From a virus, in the IMG/VR virus record IMGVR_UViG_3300025769_014365, positions 1-64,000 of that record: DNA of 64,000 nucleotides; one strand, 5' to 3'. Below are positions 62,201 to 64,000 of this stretch, piece after piece (position 1 is the first letter of the stretch; every line of letters starts with the position of its first letter). Both the position numbers and the translations under genes were made by a program. A model generated the notes under the pieces. The model was not told where the DNA came from. It saw only the letters and a list, made by a program, of their open reading frames with translations, and did not search any database.

Positions 62201-64000
62201 GCTTCGCTTACCGATGCCGTTGGTCCATAGAACGTTCCAGAGTATCCATCGAATGTGTAGGAATTGGTCGCACCAGATCCACCATTCTGCGAGTCATATA
62301 TCTCTGCCTGCTTCTCGCTGGTGAACAACGGGTAGTAGTATCCAAACCATCCACTGGTCGCACCCGATGAACTTGTGGCCTGTATCTGGAAAGGACCAGT
62401 GGATCCCACAGTGCCTCCAAGTATCGTGACTGTTGGTGTGGTCTGATAACCAGACCCTCCGTGTGTGACAGTGATTGACTGCACATATTTCTTATGGTAG
62501 TCGTACCACATCTGCCATGGCAACTGCGTGAGTTTGTCAGTGTCAGAGGAAACATTCAGTGATCTTATCTTACCTGTTGTGTCGTCATAAAACGCAGGAT
62601 TATCAAAATCAGTGAACAGGCCATCCTGGGTGTCAGTGCCCGTGTATCCAAGTTTGTAGTCTCTGATCTTGCTGTGGAAAGGTTTGACCTCATTGATGTA
62701 TTCCTCTATCCACGTGTCTACTCCCGTGGTGTATGATTTTCTCTGATCAAGTGGTCTTACACTGTTTTTCGCACTTATGAAACTGGTCTTGAACATCCAA
62801 TCAACATAGGTCTGTTCTGACAACACACGTCTAAGTCCAGTGAAGAACAGTGTGTTGTACTCTACCGCTAAATCATTGATGAACAGATCGTCTCTGAGCG
62901 CTGTCAGGACTTTCCTGGTCTCAATTCTAGGTTCCTGGTCAAACCTGTTGTCGTCGAACGTATCCTCACCCGCGAAACCAGTTGCGTCCTGGCTATAATC
63001 ATACAGTTTGGTGCTCAATCTTATTGTGCCATTTTCTGTTCCGACCAACTCCCACCCCGATGCTGTCCTCATAAACAGTTTCCAACCACCGGTATCCGCG
63101 CTGGTGACTTTGACATGTGATCCTATCGGCAATTCTAGTGACTCTAGCTCATACTGAAAAGTCACCTGCTTGTCTATCACGGTGTTCTCATCATGCACCA
63201 TGTCACCGTCTGTTTTGTACCAATCAGTGTAATTCCAGTAGCTAGATGTGTTGTAGGTCTGTATCCTGGTCCTAGTGAACTCCGTACCGTCCCATTGATA
63301 TATCGACCAGAAGCCGTTGGCGGTCTCGTCTGACCTAACCAGGTAGTTGACGGTGCCTGAAAGGTCAGCGGTGTTGACATATGTCAGTTCGGCGTATGTG
63401 TCCACTGACGCGTCCCATTCGCCACTGCCCACAGTTGGTTCTGGCTCTTTTGAATCTAGGTTTGTGAGATTTATCTGTCCAACCAGTTGGTTGCGTTTCA
63501 GCACCAGGTTGGCATAGTCTATGATCTCTTTAAGCGCTCCGAATCTATCAACGTACCAACTCTGCCTAGGCCTAATGTTGTTACCGTAACGCTGGTTGAC
63601 GGGTAGTGTGATGTCAGGGACCAAGTCACCAGATTCGTTGGAACCTATGAGTGAGTCCCACCATCTTTGTTCTATCTGCGTGCCGGGCCTGTACTCTTTG
63701 TCCCCTTCTCTCGCCAGTTTCCAGACACTGTGCGCATCTCCATCGAAGTCGTTGGTCCTGATGTCAACGTTGAGCACTATGTCGTCGTTGCTAAGATCAT
63801 CGACGTTGTTGATCAATAATTTGTTGGTGTCCGTCACCGAATAGTATTTTTTGTCAAACCTCTCCGGGTTGGCTATCATGTTGGCGACCAAAGCGGTGGA
63901 ATTTTTCCTACTTACAACACCGTTTACCGGCACCGTGGCTTTGTTCCTTACCCAGTAGTAGTAGAAGTTTACAAATCTATCTAGCCTAGAATTGTACTTC
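59272..64000 (-). CDS. Very large virion structural protein (baseplate wedge-like), 5' end outside the window
   Basis: Frame open to the window edge (KYNSRLDRFVNFYYYWV...). Contains YINEVKPFHSKIR, GSGY...PTV repeats, GDGST repeats and RRGTLGT. Confidence 0.8.
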   Translation of the reverse strand, partial: KYNSRLDRFVNFYYYWVRNKATVPVNGVVSRKNSTALVANMIANPERFDKKYYSVTDTNKLLINNVDDLSNDDIVLNVDIRTNDFDGDAHSVWKLAREGDKEYRPGTQIEQRWWDSLIGSNESGDLVPDITLPVNQRYGNNIRPRQSWYVDRFGALKEIIDYANLVLKRNQLVGQINLTNLDSKEPEPTVGSGEWDASVDTYAELTYVNTADLSGTVNYLVRSDETANGFWSIYQWDGTEFTRTRIQTYNTSSYWNYTDWYKTDGDMVHDENTVIDKQVTFQYELESLELPIGSHVKVTSADTGGWKLFMRTASGWELVGTENGTIRLSTKLYDYSQDATGFAGEDTFDDNRFDQEPRIETRKVLTALRDDLFINDLAVEYNTLFFTGLRRVLSEQTYVDWMFKTSFISAKNSVRPLDQRKSYTTGVDTWIEEYINEVKPFHSKIRDYKLGYTGTDTQDGLFTDFDNPAFYDDTTGKIRSLNVSSDTDKLTQLPWQMWYDYHKKYVQSITVTHGGSGYQTTPTVTILGGTVGSTGPFQIQATSSSGATSGWFGYYYPLFTSEKQAEIYDSQNGGSGATNSYTFDGYSGTFYGPTASVSEAQGTKSTAFKMYITPNTTAATATATIQNGAVTRITVTGIGANYTTTPTVVITGGRTDGSTPADTAKAYANLNNDLVRDFDTTIKFDRVSSTSRVQDWTASTAYAYNDLIRYNNELYKATSAFTSTTDFDDNIGDVYKVYGDETGLTAADRTKGFYTPGSGMPGNELDQVMTGVDYGGTMVTGLLFSQEQGWDRSGWYDFPWDNYGDSRVKAFRADGSTATYTFDTAPSTSDVYQVYITADDSTRRKLDDVIRGDGSTTAFTISETPDANALVEFIPFDDDGVLTPTDDRTLESIIQGGLFGSALGYAPSDIILEGDDFVNPDTSYAPEETVPGQLFDTLDIKVYTSPESGVPFITEKNYRGDGNTTEYAIGDFPGTLGSVTVTVDGVIKKLTTDYTVDVANKTITFTTAPAALSVISTKVFAISGENYRVLDTFTGDGSTAVFTTSTRGEFNLDSTSSDMYITIDGVPTTAYTTTTTANTITVTFTTAPASGEYIQIAGFNKSTTSTRSYASIRNDTITYDGSTNRHTLTYPPGAIGPFSGLTMVEVNGRMLRGPDNTYYLGDGSTYTYGVASGLGDGSTVDPAKTITSAAQVEVYVNGTKKDLNTDYTVDIGNQNVEFVSGAVPTATDVICISTLVDNHYYNEGTDIILKPSAITSPYSLTAGDVISVTTFNNALGMKQRREVLEGRPGGVFALRFAPLNATYTYVWLNGEQLTQQYDYTVSDTTLTITGKTITASDRIDVMYFALESAVGATGFRIFKDMLNRTFYKRISKTATTKLTIDMIEGTQTITVEDGSVLGTPDIASNTPGVIFIDKERIEYFTKSGNTLGQLRRGTLGTGIKEHGSGTEVVDASGTQTVPYADTVYTNTFTGDGSTVTFALSQTPSNAGELDIFIGGQRLLLTSEDGSTINYSVDGSTTAVTLSAAPASGTQIKILHKKGQVWYTGADGNPADGKGLQASTTQPAQFIASEPTNAPE

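Noticed and set aside
1-64000. tRNA/rRNA genes, CRISPR arrays, integrase/transposase, stop-codon reassignment
   Set aside because: Intergenic gaps are under ~90 bp with no cloverleaf or repeat-spacer pattern seen. TAA, TAG and TGA all terminate intact genes, so the standard code fits.

Overview
A 64-kb, gene-dense segment of a large lytic dsDNA tailed phage (T4-like/jumbo myovirus type, standard genetic code). The auxiliary genes suggest an aquatic proteobacterial host (inference). No tRNA, rRNA, CRISPR array, integrase or transposase was seen. The + strand arm (1-32592) carries a family B DNA polymerase (5'-truncated), a probable sliding clamp and a TGT/DpdA-type transglycosylase. These lead into a 7-deazaguanine gene neighbourhood: a T-fold protein with the DpdL-type LxxxHRHxF motif, FolE, a QueE with an unusual Cx3Cx40C motif, a YhhQ precursor transporter, a purine phosphoribosyltransferase, GMP reductase, a GT-B glycosyltransferase and GalE, with no QueC or canonical QueD in the window. 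Next come a TctA/TctC tripartite transporter operon, an RNase H/5'-3' exonuclease, two paralogs sharing near-identical DNA blocks, a MoxR-like ATPase/vWA-peptidase pair and conserved hypotheticals. The - strand arm (32566-64000) runs from baseplate/tail-fiber genes, including a Gly-rich protein with a Hint domain, into an ~18-kb tailoring locus. That locus holds five radical SAM enzymes, four glycosyltransferase-like proteins, SGNH-like proteins, a carbamoyltransferase and amino-sugar nucleotide enzymes. The two best candidates for undescribed systems are (i) an extended 7-deazaguanine DNA-modification pathway, possibly pre-replicative and/or glycosylating, and (ii) a radical-SAM-rich glycan/virion decoration locus. 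All family assignments come from motif recognition by eye; no searches were run.
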